This document shows positions 19,349 through 29,644 of a stretch of 64,000 nt of DNA, one piece after another; positions within the stretch are counted from its first letter, which is position 1; each line of letters starts with the position of its first letter. The translations under genes and the position numbers were made by a program. Source of the DNA: an uncultured delta proteobacterium. Its GTDB lineage: Bacteria > Desulfobacterota > Syntrophorhabdia > Syntrophorhabdales > WCHB1-27. The notes below the pieces were generated by a model. The model worked only from the letters and a program-made list of their open reading frames with translations. It ran no database searches and was not told the DNA's origin. The DNA lies in assembly GCA_963810935.1 (NCBI GenBank), contig CAWEPK010000005.1, forward strand, positions 160,001-224,000. The letters are read 5' to 3'.

Positions 19349-20117
19349 ATGAAAGTCGTCATTCTGGCAGGCGGACTGGGCACCCGCTTGAGCGAGGAAA
19401 CGGTAATCAAGCCGAAGCCCATGGTCGAGATAGGCAGCAGGCCCATCCTGTGGCATATCATGAAGATATACGGGCGCCATCACTTCGACGACTTCGTTGT
19501 CTGCCTCGGCTACAAGGGTTACATCATAAAAGAATTTTTCGCGAACTACGTCATCCACCAGTCGGACATCACGATCGACCTCCGCGCCAACAGACTCGCT
19601 TCTGCGCAGTAACAACACCGAGCCGTGGAGGGTAACGCTCGTAGGTACCGGAGAGAAAACGATGACTGGCGGCCGTGTACTGCGGGTCAGGGATTACCTG
19701 GAAAACGAGACGTTCATGCTTACATACGGAGACGGGGTAGCCGACATCGATATCGGGAAGCTTCTCGCGTTCCACAAGAGCCACGGCAAGCTCGCAACGG
19801 TGACCGCAGTCCGCCCGCCTTCCAGGTTTGGCGGCATGTCGATCGAAGACGGCCTCGTTACCAATTTCATCGAGAAACCCCAGATAGGAGAGGGCTGGAT
19901 CAACGGTGGGTTCTTTGTGCTGGAGCCCGGCGTGCTCGATTATATAAAGGGCGATTCCACGCTGTTCGAGCACGAGCCTTTGGAGATGCTGGCACGGGAG
20001 GGACAACTGGCCGCCTACAAGCACGAAGGCTTTTGGCAGTGCATGGACACAGTGCGCGACGTAGCGCTCCTCAACGAGCTGTGGGAATCGGAGCACTGTC
20101 CCTGGAAGGTCTGGTAG
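19349..20117 (+). CDS. rfbF: Glucose-1-phosphate cytidylyltransferase (one frameshift near 19600)
   Basis: VVILAGGLGTRLSEET..KPKPMVEIG; MTGGRV; WINGGFF; GFWQCMDT; PWKVW; span 769 = 3n+1. Confidence 0.93.
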
Positions 20118-20118
20118 G

Positions 20119-21238
20119 ATGGAACGGGCGCGCGATATCCTTCGCAGGGCTTACCGGGGCAAAAGAGTCCTCGTTACGGGCCACACGGGTTTCAAGGGGT
20201 CCTGGCTGGCTACCTGGCTCCTGGAATTGGGCGCCGAGGTGACGGGGTACGCCCTCGCGTCCACTACGGAACGGGACAATTTTGTCGTCTCCGGTCTCGC
20301 CGACCGCCTTACCGATGTCCGGGGCGACGTGAGGGACTTCGAAGGCCTGAAGGCCGTCTTTGACGACTTCAAGCCGGAGTTCGTCTTCCACCTCGCTGCC
20401 CAGGCCCTCGTAAGGAGGGGATACCGGGACCCCAAGGAGACCTTCGATACAAACGTCGGGGGCACTGTCAACGTGCTCGAGAATTGCCGCCTCAGCAATT
20501 CGGTCTCGACAATAGTCAACGTGACGAGCGACAAATGCTACGAGAACAGGGAATGGTCCTGGGGATACCGCGAGTGCGACCCCATGGGCGGCTACGACCC
20601 TTACAGCTCCAGCAAGGGGTGCTCGGAGCTTATAAGCGCCGCTTACAGGACGTCCTTTTTCAACAGCGATGGGGCATCGCGGAAGGTCCTCGCGACCGTC
20701 CGGGCCGGGAACGTGATAGGCGGCGGGGACTGGTCCGAAGACAGGATCATACCCGACTGCATCAGGTCGCTCGAAGCGGGCAAGGCAATAGGCGTAAGAA
20801 ACCCCCGCGCAGTGAGGCCGTGGCAGTTCGTGCTGGAGCCTCTCGGCGGCTACCTGCTCCTCGGCGCTGTGATGGGCACGGACCCGGACAGGTACGGCGG
20901 TCCATGGAATTTCGGCCCGGACAGGCTCTTCAACGGTCACCGTGGGCGAGCTTACAGGCCTGGTCGTAGACGCATGGGGCTCCGGGAGCTGGGAATCGAC
21001 AGCGACCGGTCGCGAGACGCACGAGGCGGGCCTGCTCGCCCTGGATATAAGCAAGGCGCGATACACGCTAGGCTGGCGGCCGAGTCTCACTATCGCCGAT
21101 GCGGTCGCAATGACGGTCGAGTGGTATGCCGCCTGCGTGAAGGGTGCAGGCGCGGCGCCTATATGCGAAAGCCAGATAAGAACTTACATGGAGCGAATGT
21201 CCATTCATGACACGGGAAGAAGAACAGATCAGGGGTGA
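20119..21238 (+). CDS. rfbG: CDP-glucose 4,6-dehydratase (one frameshift near 20925)
   Basis: [45 protein letters not shown]-terminus [13 protein letters not shown] in the next frame. Confidence 0.93.
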
Positions 21239-22525
21239 GATTTCCGGTCTCGTCGAGAAGCTCTACCGGATGAAATACGGCCGCAGCGATTTCGTCCCGG
21301 GAAAGACGCCCGTCCGCTACGCCGGGCGCGTCTTCGACGAGCGGGAAATGAAGAACCTCGTCGATGCGTCGCTCGATTTCTGGCTTACAGCCGGCCGGTA
21401 CGCCGAGGAATTCGAGTCAAGGTTCGCAGAATTTTTCGGCCTTTCAGACGCGATCCTCGTGAACAGCGGCTCGTCCGCCAACCTCGTCGCAGTGAGTGCC
21501 CTCACCTCGTCCAAGCTGGGCGACAGGAGGCTCAAACCGGGAGACGAGGTAATCACCGCAGCAGCGGGCTTCCCCACGACGGTTGCCCCTATCGTCCAGA
21601 ACAGGCTTATCCCCGTCTTCGTCGATGTCCGGATAGGAACCTACAACGTCCTTCCCGACGAGGTCGCAGCGGCAGTCGGCCCGAGGACCCGCGCCATCTT
21701 TCTGGCCCATACCATGGGCAACCCCTTCGACCTGGAAGCGGTCTGCGAAATCGCCCGCAGCCATGACCTCTGGCTGATAGAGGACAACTGCGACGCCCTG
21801 GGGAGCCGCTACGACGGGAAGCTGACGGGCACCTTCGGACAGATAGCGAGCACGTCCTTTTACCCGGCCCATCACATCACCATGGGCGAAGGGGGATGCG
21901 TCGTGACCGATTCGGAAGAGATAGCGCGGGTAGCGCGCTCCTTCAGGGACTGGGGAAGGGACTGCTACTGCAGCGGAGGAGAGAACAACACGTGCGGCAA
22001 GAGGTACACGCAGAAGTTCGGCGACCTTCCCTTCGGCTACGACCACAAATACGTGTACTCCCATATAGGATACAACCTCAAGGTCACGGACATGCAGGCG
22101 GCAATCGGGGTCGCCCAGCTCGACAAGCTGGAAGGCTTCATAGAAAAAAGGAAGGCCCACTTCGAGCCTGATCATGCAGGGGTTGAAGCCCTTCGAAGAC
22201 CGTCTTTACCTGCCCGAGGCGACGCTTCTGGCGGACCCTTCATGGTTCGGCTTCGTCATAACCGTCAGGGAGGGTAGCGGCTTTACGCGGAACGAGCTCG
22301 ACGTCGTACCTGGAGCAGAACGGCATAGAGACGCGCAACCTCTTTTCGGGCAACCTGACGCGCCAACCCGCCTATATGGAAATAGAAAAGCGGCAGGTAG
22401 GAGACTTGAGCAATACCGACTACGTCATGGAGAACACGTTCTTCATCGGCGTTTACCCGGGCCTTGACCGGGAGCAGATCGACTATATGATAGACCGCAT
22501 AGGCCGGTTCATCGGGAGCCGCTGA
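21207..22525 (+). CDS. rfbH: CDP-4-keto-6-deoxyglucose 3-dehydrase E1 (two frameshifts near 22168 and 22305)
   Basis: [68 protein letters not shown]; span 1319 = 3n+2. Confidence 0.93.
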
Positions 22526-23248
22526 TTGCCGACACCTGTTAAGATACCGGTAGTCGCCCAAACGGTCGTGCGCCACACGGACACGGTCAAGACCCTGCTT
22601 TTGAAGCCCCTCAAGAGGCTACCGGCCTTCAGGCCGGGACAGTTCCTCCACCTGGCCATTGACCCTTACGACCCGGCAGGCTTCTGGCCCGAATCGCGTG
22701 TTTTTTCAATCGCCAGCTCGCCCGGCCGAGACCTCGTGCGCGTCGTCTTCTCCGTGAAGGGCGCATTCACGTCGAGGATGTTCAACGAGATCGGGGAAGG
22801 CGATGCATTGACCGTCAAGCTGCCTTACGGCAGCTTCCTCTTCGAGGCGGACCGGCCCCTCGTTTTGATAGCCGGCGGGACCGGCATAACGCCTTTTATC
22901 TCCTTCCTCGAGCACTCTCTCGACAAGCCATCGCCTGCCCGGATCAGCCTCTACTACGGGATGAGGAGCAGAGCGGACTTCGTCTGTAGCGACGTCCTCC
23001 GGGAATGCACCCGCACCATGAGCGGTTTCCGGTGCACTTGCTGCTTCGAGGACGGCGGTTTGGTCGAAGGTGTGAGCAGGTGCGAGAAGGGCATAATCCC
23101 AATAGATGAGATTATCGCCGAAAACCGGACGCAAAAGGAATCCCTCTATTATCTCTCGGGTCCGCCGGAAATGATAAAAAACGCCAGATCCCGCATCGCC
23201 GCAGCCGGCATAGATGAAAGCAACATCAGGGTGGACGATTGGGAATAG
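22526..23248 (+). CDS. FAD/NAD(P)H oxidoreductase (FNR fold), candidate E3-type reductase without a ferredoxin domain
   Basis: FRPGQFL, RVFSIAS, PYGSF, LIAGGTGITPF, YLSGPPEM; directly after rfbH. Confidence 0.75.
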   Translation: MPTPVKIPVVAQTVVRHTDTVKTLLLKPLKRLPAFRPGQFLHLAIDPYDPAGFWPESRVFSIASSPGRDLVRVVFSVKGAFTSRMFNEIGEGDALTVKLPYGSFLFEADRPLVLIAGGTGITPFISFLEHSLDKPSPARISLYYGMRSRADFVCSDVLRECTRTMSGFRCTCCFEDGGLVEGVSRCEKGIIPIDEIIAENRTQKESLYYLSGPPEMIKNARSRIAAAGIDESNIRVDDWE

Positions 23249-24322
23249 AGACTTCCAGCCGCCCGTCTGCGCCTGACGCTAACCCATTGGTCTCCGACCT
23301 GGACCACGTCCTCGCATCGACGCGCGGGTTGTGGGAGCAACTCCGGGGGAAATCGATATTCGTCACCGGCGGGACGGGTTTTATCGGGAAATGGCTCCTC
23401 GAAAGCTTTGTCCGGGCTTCCGACGTGCTCGATTTGCAGGCGCGGATGACGGTCCTTACCAGAGACATAGGGACTTTCACGGACGAGCACCCTCGTCTTG
23501 CCCGCCACCCGGCAATCCGGTACATCGAGGGTGACGTAAGAGACTTCACCTGGCCCAAAGAAACTTACTACGCGGTCATCCACGGGGCCGCCCAGGCAAG
23601 CGCCGAGCTGAACCGGGAGTACCCGCTGCTCATGACCCGCACGATCACGGAGGGGACACATAACGTCCTGGAAATGGCAAAAGACAGGGGCGTGCGCCGC
23701 TTCCTTTTCATCAGCTCCGGCGCCGTCTACGGCGAGCAACCGGCCGATATGGCCCATACACCGGAACAATATCGCGGCGCACCCGACTCTCTCGATCCCG
23801 GCTCTGCCTATGCCGAGTCCAAGAGAATGGGCGAGGCTGCTTTGTTCCATCTATTGCGCCCGCTGCGGCATCGAGACGATTGCCGCCCGGTGTTTCGCGT
23901 TCGTCGGTCCCTACCTCGACCTGGATATACACTTTGCCATAGGGAACTTCATCCGGGACGGCCTCAATGGCGGTCCCATTATAGTAAACGGGGATGGAAC
24001 ACCGCTTCGCTCCTATCTTTACACGTCAGACCTTGCGATATGGCTATGGGTCCTTCTCTTGTCGGGGAAGGCAGGCCAGGCATATAATGTCGGGTCGGAA
24101 GAGGCTGTTTCCATCGCGGAGCTTGCGGCTTGCGTTGCCGCCTGCTTCGAGCGACGGACGGAGGTTGTTATCAGAGGGCGTAAGGAACCGGACAAGCCCG
24201 TCGAGCAGTATGTACCCGATACAACGAAGGCGCGTACCGAGCTCGGCTTGAGTCAGCATATCGATCTGACGAGCGCTGTGAAAAAGACCATCGAGTGGCA
24301 CAGGGCCGTTTCATGGAGATAG
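23239..24322 (+). CDS. NAD-dependent epimerase/dehydratase/reductase (one frameshift near 23835)
   Basis: VTGGTGFIG, ISSGAVYG, YAESK, ARCFAFVGP, GDGTPLRSYLY; span 1084 = 3n+1. Confidence 0.88.
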
Positions 24323-24347
24323 GGAAGCCAGGCAAAAGGCAAGATAG

Positions 24348-26165
24348 ATGAAACTGACGGACTACGTGATCGATCGCCTTGCCGCCCGGTATGGGGTGCG
24401 CGATATCTTTATGATCTCCGGCGGAGGGGCAATGCACCTTGTCGACTCTGTCGGCAAAGAAACCCGGCTCCGCTATCTCTGCCCCCATCACGAGCAGGCT
24501 GCGGCCATCATGGCGGAAGGCTATTCCCGCGTAACCGGCCGTCTCGCCGTATCAGTCGTAACCAGCGGTCCCGGCGGCACGAATACCCTTACCGGAGTAA
24601 TCGGCCAATGGCTCGACTCGGTGCCGGTCCTCTATCTTTCCGGACAGGTTAAACAGGAGACAACGATAGAATCGTGCCGCGATCTCGGTCTCAGACAGCT
24701 CGGCGACCAGGAGATAAACATCGTTGATATCGTTAGGCCCGTGACGAAGTACGCGGCGATAGTCAAGGACCCGCAAGATATCCGTTATCAACTCGACAAG
24801 GCGGTCTACATCGCTACCCACGGTCGGCCCGGCCCGGTATGGCTCGACATCCCGCTTGACGTGCAGGCGGCGTCGGTCGATCCGGAGAGCCTATCAGCTT
24901 ACGACAGCCGGGAAGACGAGATGCCATTCGACAGGGCCGCGCTTGCAAGCCAGGTAGAGCGCGTTGCCGCTTTGCTGCAAAAGGCGGAACGTCCTCTTCT
25001 TGTTGCCGGACAGGGCATCAGGATAAGCAAGGGCATCGACTTGTTCAGGCGCGTGGTGGACAAGATAGGCATCCCGGTAATCACCTCGTTCTGCGGGTAC
25101 GACCTTATGCCGTCCGATCACCCCCTGTTTGTCGGAAGACCGGGAACGCTGGGAACGAGGTTCGGTAACTTCGCCCTGCAGAATGCAGACTTGCTCATAA
25201 CGGTCGGCTCCAGAAATAATATCCGCCAGGTGAGTTACACACGGGGGGATTTTGCCAAGAACGCCGTAAAGGTCATGGTTGACATAGACGAAGCAGAACT
25301 TAAGAAACCAAGCTTTCATCCGGACATCGCTATTTGCGCAGACGCAAGTGAGTTCCTGAGGCTGCTTGGCGAAGCCGTAGAAACGAGACCGCTCCCCCGC
25401 TGGGATTCATGGATCGACTGGTGCAAAGAGCGCAAGAGTCGCTACCCCGTCGTGCTTGCGGAGTACTGGGATGACAAGAAACTGGTAAATCCGTACTGTT
25501 TCACCCAGGCGTTAACGGAGTCGCTCGGCGAAGGCGCGACTGTTGTGGCAGGTAACGGCACCGCCTGCGTCGCCCTCTTTCAGGCAGGTATAGTGAAGGA
25601 CGGACAGCGTTCTTTCTGGAACTCGGGATGCGCCTCGATGGGCTATGACCTGCCCGCGGCCATAGGCGCATGCGTCGCGGCCGGAAAAACCGTTGTCTGC
25701 CTGGCCGGTGACGGCAGCCTGCAAATGAACATACAGGAGCTGCAGACCGTCTACCATAACAGGCTACCCATAAAGCTCTTCGTACTGAACAACGGCGGCT
25801 ATGTGTCGATCAGACAGACCCAGGACAGTTTTTTCGGAGGCAGGCACGTCGCGTGCGGACCCGACAGCGGGGTCACCTTCCCCGACATCTGTCGCGTCGC
25901 CCTGGCCTATGGGATACCTTCATCCGTCATCTCAGGTCATGAAGGCATGAAGGATAAGATAAGGGAGACCCTGTCAACGCCCGGCCCCAACGTATGCGAA
26001 GTCCTTCTTTCCCCGGAGCAGAACTTCAGCCCCCGCGTCTCATCGAAAAAGGAACCGGACGGGAGGATCGTATCGAAACCCCTCGAGGATTTGTACCCCT
26101 TCCTGCCGAGAGAAGAACTCGAGAGGAACATGCTCGTGCGGCATAAAAAAGGCGACAAGGAGTAA
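24348..26165 (+). CDS. ThDP-dependent carboligase, acetolactate-synthase-like (YerE-like by context)
   Basis: GGGAMHL, HHEQAAA.MAEGY, TSGPGGTN, GRPGPVWLDIPLD, GDGSLQMNIQEL...NNGGY; no ilvH neighbour. Confidence 0.88.
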   Translation: MKLTDYVIDRLAARYGVRDIFMISGGGAMHLVDSVGKETRLRYLCPHHEQAAAIMAEGYSRVTGRLAVSVVTSGPGGTNTLTGVIGQWLDSVPVLYLSGQVKQETTIESCRDLGLRQLGDQEINIVDIVRPVTKYAAIVKDPQDIRYQLDKAVYIATHGRPGPVWLDIPLDVQAASVDPESLSAYDSREDEMPFDRAALASQVERVAALLQKAERPLLVAGQGIRISKGIDLFRRVVDKIGIPVITSFCGYDLMPSDHPLFVGRPGTLGTRFGNFALQNADLLITVGSRNNIRQVSYTRGDFAKNAVKVMVDIDEAELKKPSFHPDIAICADASEFLRLLGEAVETRPLPRWDSWIDWCKERKSRYPVVLAEYWDDKKLVNPYCFTQALTESLGEGATVVAGNGTACVALFQAGIVKDGQRSFWNSGCASMGYDLPAAIGACVAAGKTVVCLAGDGSLQMNIQELQTVYHNRLPIKLFVLNNGGYVSIRQTQDSFFGGRHVACGPDSGVTFPDICRVALAYGIPSSVISGHEGMKDKIRETLSTPGPNVCEVLLSPEQNFSPRVSSKKEPDGRIVSKPLEDLYPFLPREELERNMLVRHKKGDKE

Positions 26166-26171
26166 AACGAC

Positions 26172-26972
26172 ATGAACTCCGTTGAACAGAGAATGGTAGA
26201 GATACTGAAGGAGCTTCGGGAAAGCTACGGCGCGCTCGCCGTGCGGGCCGAGTTTGAGGCCGAAGGGACGCGCCTTGAGGAGCTCCTGCGCCTCAAGGAG
26301 ATATGCATGACCGCCGGCCTCGGTCTGACCCTGAAGATAGGGGGGTGCGAATCGATCAGGGACATGCTGGAGGCGAAGATCGTGGGGGTCGATTACCTCG
26401 TTGCCCCTATGGTCGAGTCGCCGTACGCGCTGCGGAAATACCTTCAGGCGGTAAGCAAGACATTCTTTTCCGAAGAGGCAAACCCGGTAGAGGTGCTTTG
26501 CAATATCGAAACGGTAACCGGGTGCAACAACTTCGAGGCGATGCTCGGCATACCCGAGCTTGGAGGCCTTAACGGGATAGTTATAGAACGGGTCGACCTC
26601 TGTTTCTCCCTGGGGCTCGACGAGCAAGCCATCAACAAGAGCGAAGTAAATGAGATCGTTCTCGAAACCATCACCAAGGCCAAAAAGAAGAACCTGACCT
26701 GTACGGTGGGCGGAGGGGTATCGGCGGAGTCGTTGCCCTTTTTCGAAAAGATGCCGGAGGGCTATCTCGACCGGTACGAGACCCGCAAGGTCTGTTTCTC
26801 CTGGCAGGGCACACCAAACAGCAGGGACAAGGCCATATTGAAGGCGCTGGGGTTTGAAGTGCTCTGGCTTCGCAACAAGTTCAACTACTTCGACGGCATC
26901 TCTCGTTCCGAAAGGCAGCGGATGAGCCTCATCGAGCAGAGATACTGGAACGCGATAGATGCGCTACTGTAA
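26172..26972 (+). CDS. HpcH/HpaI aldolase / citrate-lyase family protein, paralog 1
   Basis: AEFEAEG, LKIGGCE, APMVES, NIET, RVDL, YETRKV. Confidence 0.75.
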   Translation: MNSVEQRMVEILKELRESYGALAVRAEFEAEGTRLEELLRLKEICMTAGLGLTLKIGGCESIRDMLEAKIVGVDYLVAPMVESPYALRKYLQAVSKTFFSEEANPVEVLCNIETVTGCNNFEAMLGIPELGGLNGIVIERVDLCFSLGLDEQAINKSEVNEIVLETITKAKKKNLTCTVGGGVSAESLPFFEKMPEGYLDRYETRKVCFSWQGTPNSRDKAILKALGFEVLWLRNKFNYFDGISRSERQRMSLIEQRYWNAIDALL

Positions 26973-26987
26973 GAAGAAGGGGGTACG

Positions 26988-27806
26988 ATGAACCGGACAG
27001 AGAAACAAATGACGGAACATCTTCGGAAGATAAAGGACAAATATGCGGTAGTAGGCGTCAAGGCTGAGTTCGAGGCCGAGGGGACCAGGACGGAAGAGCT
27101 TATGAGACTCAAGGAGATATGCCTCTCCGCCGGTGCGTCCCTCACTCTCAAGATAGGGGGTTGCGAGGCCGTCCGGGACATGTACGACGCCCGCACGGTA
27201 GGGGTCGATTACCTCGTCGCACCCATGGTCGAGACACCGTTTTCGCTGCAAAAATATTTGAAGGCAATCGATATAGTCTTTCCGAAAGACGAGCAGGAGA
27301 AGATCGAATTTCTCATCAACGTGGAAACGATTATGGCCGCCGGGAACTTCAAAGAGATGATGACAGTGAACGGCATAGAAAAATTGGGGGGCATAGTCGT
27401 CGGCCGCGTGGACCTCGTGGGCTCTATGGGGCTCGACCGGAGCGCATGCGAGAGCGAAGAGATTTTCGCCATAGCGAAGGACCTGCTCGTAGAAACGAAA
27501 AAACAAAAGATGACCTACGTGCTGGGAGGCGCGATATCGGCCGACTCCCTCTCTTTTTTACGGCGGCTGTCCGGCGAGGCGATGATCGACAGGTACGAGA
27601 CAAGAAAGATCTGCTTCTCGTGCCCGGACGCCTTAAAGGACGGGGCCGAGCAAGGGATAGCGGAGGCCGTGGCGTTCGAGCTTTTGTGGCTGCAAAACAA
27701 GCGAAGCTTTTACAAGGCCATCGCTGAGGAAGACGATAAGAGGATCACGATGCTCGAGGCGCGCCACCGTCAGGCGGAGACCGGACAGGGCGTTAAGGGG
27801 GCGTGA
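26988..27806 (+). CDS. HpcH/HpaI aldolase / citrate-lyase family protein, paralog 2
   Basis: KAEFEAEG, LKIGGCEA, APMVET, NVET, GRVDL, YETRKI. Confidence 0.75.
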   Translation: MNRTEKQMTEHLRKIKDKYAVVGVKAEFEAEGTRTEELMRLKEICLSAGASLTLKIGGCEAVRDMYDARTVGVDYLVAPMVETPFSLQKYLKAIDIVFPKDEQEKIEFLINVETIMAAGNFKEMMTVNGIEKLGGIVVGRVDLVGSMGLDRSACESEEIFAIAKDLLVETKKQKMTYVLGGAISADSLSFLRRLSGEAMIDRYETRKICFSCPDALKDGAEQGIAEAVAFELLWLQNKRSFYKAIAEEDDKRITMLEARHRQAETGQGVKGA

Positions 27807-28480
27807 TGGAAGCGGGCAGGCTTTCCGCGCTGGTCACGGGCGGCTCGGCGGGGATCGGTCTTGCCGTCGCCAAACGGCTGAAGGCGGAAGGCATCGACGT
27901 CATTACGCCTACCAGGCGCGATATGGACCTTTTGTCGGACGCATCGATAGACGCATACCTTAAGTCCCTCTCCCGGCCGGTCGATATCCTCATCAATAAT
28001 GCAGGCGTCAACATCATTGCGCCTCTTGCCGATATCACCGACGACTATATGCGGGAAACGATCCAGATTAATCTTCTCGCGCCTTTTCGCCTGGCCCGTG
28101 CGCTTGCGCCCGGTATGGCCGAGCGGAGTTACGGCAGGATAGTAAATATCAGCTCGATCTGGGCATACGTCAGCAAACCCGGAAGGCTCACGTATGCCAC
28201 GGCCAAATCCGGCCTGCAGGGAATGACGAGGACGCTGGCCGTGGAGCTCGCGCCTTACAACGTCCTAGTGAATGCCATAGCGCCCGGCTTCGTGAATACC
28301 GAAATGACGCGCCGGAACAATACCAGGGAGCAAATAGAGGCCATCGAGAAGAACATCCCCGCGGGCAGACTTGCGGAGCCTGAAGAGATCGCCGAGGCAA
28401 CCGCATTCCTCGCGTCAGAAAAGAATTCCTATATCACGGGCCAGACGATACTGGTAGACGGCGGGTTTACATGTCTCTGA
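27803..28480 (+). CDS. Short-chain dehydrogenase/reductase
   Basis: TGGSAGIG, NNAG, YATAK, PAGRLAEPEEIA. Confidence 0.9.
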   Translation: MMEAGRLSALVTGGSAGIGLAVAKRLKAEGIDVITPTRRDMDLLSDASIDAYLKSLSRPVDILINNAGVNIIAPLADITDDYMRETIQINLLAPFRLARALAPGMAERSYGRIVNISSIWAYVSKPGRLTYATAKSGLQGMTRTLAVELAPYNVLVNAIAPGFVNTEMTRRNNTREQIEAIEKNIPAGRLAEPEEIAEATAFLASEKNSYITGQTILVDGGFTCL

Positions 28481-29544
28481 TCACCGTCAAATCGAATATC
28501 CGGGACTACACGGTGAGCTTCCAGGAATCGTTCGCCTTCCTGGACGACCTCAAAAAAAAGCAGGAGAGGTGCTACGTAATCGACGAAAATGTGTGGCGTC
28601 TTTATTCGGCCGGGCCGCTCAAAGACCTCGCCGGCTCGGACGTTGTCGTGCTCCCCATACAGGAGGAGCTGAAATCCCTGGAGAGCGTCGAAAAACTTTA
28701 TGACTACCTCGTCCGGCGGACCGCCAAGCGCAACCTGACGCTTATCTCCATCGGAGGCGGCATCCTTCAGGACATATCCGGGTTCGTCGCGTCTACCCTC
28801 TACCGGGGAATTGACTGGGTCTTCATCCCCACCACCCTGCTCGCCCAGGCAGATAGCTGCATCGGCGCGAAGACCTCCCTGAACTATAAGTCCTTCAAAA
28901 ACCTGATAGGCACCTTCTATCCGCCGTCCGAGGTCATCGTTCATACCCCTTTTTTGCTCACGCAGGAGGACGTCGACTTTTACAGCGGGCTGGGCGAGGT
29001 CATAAAGCTGCATATGATCGGGGGCATGCAGTCGCTTCGTAAGATCGCCGGGGCAATGCCTGCGATAGAGCGTAAGGAGGCCGACGCGCTGAAGACATGC
29101 GTCTATGACTCCCTCGTCATTAAGCGCGGCTACATCATGGACGACGAATTCGACACCGGCAGGCGGAACATGCTCAATTTCGGCCATTGCTTCGGACACG
29201 CCATCGAGTTCGCGGCAGGCTACGAGATCCCGCACGGGCAGGCGATCGTGCTCGGCATGATGCTTGCCGAGATCGTCGCGAAAGAGCGCGGATTGCTTTC
29301 CCGGGAATTCTGCGGATTTCTTTCCGCGAAGCTTTTGTTGCCTGCACTAAAAGTAAAGGTCAGAACGGAACATCTCGACCCGGCAAGAATCGTCGAAGCC
29401 ATGCAGAAAGACAAGAAGCGGGTCGGCAAGGGGCTTGCTCTTGTCATGATGGGCGACAACTGTGAGATGTTCAAGGTGAACGATCTCACTGCGCGGGAAG
29501 CCTCTGACGCGCTCGATGCCGTATCGGTCGACCTGGCCCTCTGA
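28471..29544 (+). CDS. 3-dehydroquinate synthase-like sugar-phosphate cyclase
   Basis: GGGILQDISGF, PTTLLAQADSCIGAKT, KNLIGTFYPP, GEVIK, LNFGHCFGHAIE, PHG. Confidence 0.85.
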   Translation: MSLITVKSNIRDYTVSFQESFAFLDDLKKKQERCYVIDENVWRLYSAGPLKDLAGSDVVVLPIQEELKSLESVEKLYDYLVRRTAKRNLTLISIGGGILQDISGFVASTLYRGIDWVFIPTTLLAQADSCIGAKTSLNYKSFKNLIGTFYPPSEVIVHTPFLLTQEDVDFYSGLGEVIKLHMIGGMQSLRKIAGAMPAIERKEADALKTCVYDSLVIKRGYIMDDEFDTGRRNMLNFGHCFGHAIEFAAGYEIPHGQAIVLGMMLAEIVAKERGLLSREFCGFLSAKLLLPALKVKVRTEHLDPARIVEAMQKDKKRVGKGLALVMMGDNCEMFKVNDLTAREASDALDAVSVDLAL

Positions 29545-29644
29545 CGCCCGTCTTTCCCACCGCCCCGCAGCCTGCTTTTAGCGTCCACCCGTCATAGCGG
29601 CACAGTTCCCGGCGCCGACCTCCCCCCTCCGGCAGGAGACCATT

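Noticed and set aside
19349..24322. Clustered frameshifts in the CDP-sugar genes as phase variation or pseudogenisation
   Set aside because: No long homopolymer or SSR tracts at the sites, and the same +1 pattern occurs in uvrC and other core genes
28471..29544. Calling the cyclase aroB and the ThDP enzyme ilvB
   Set aside because: Both are embedded in a nucleotide-sugar operon without aro or ilv partners; symbols withheld
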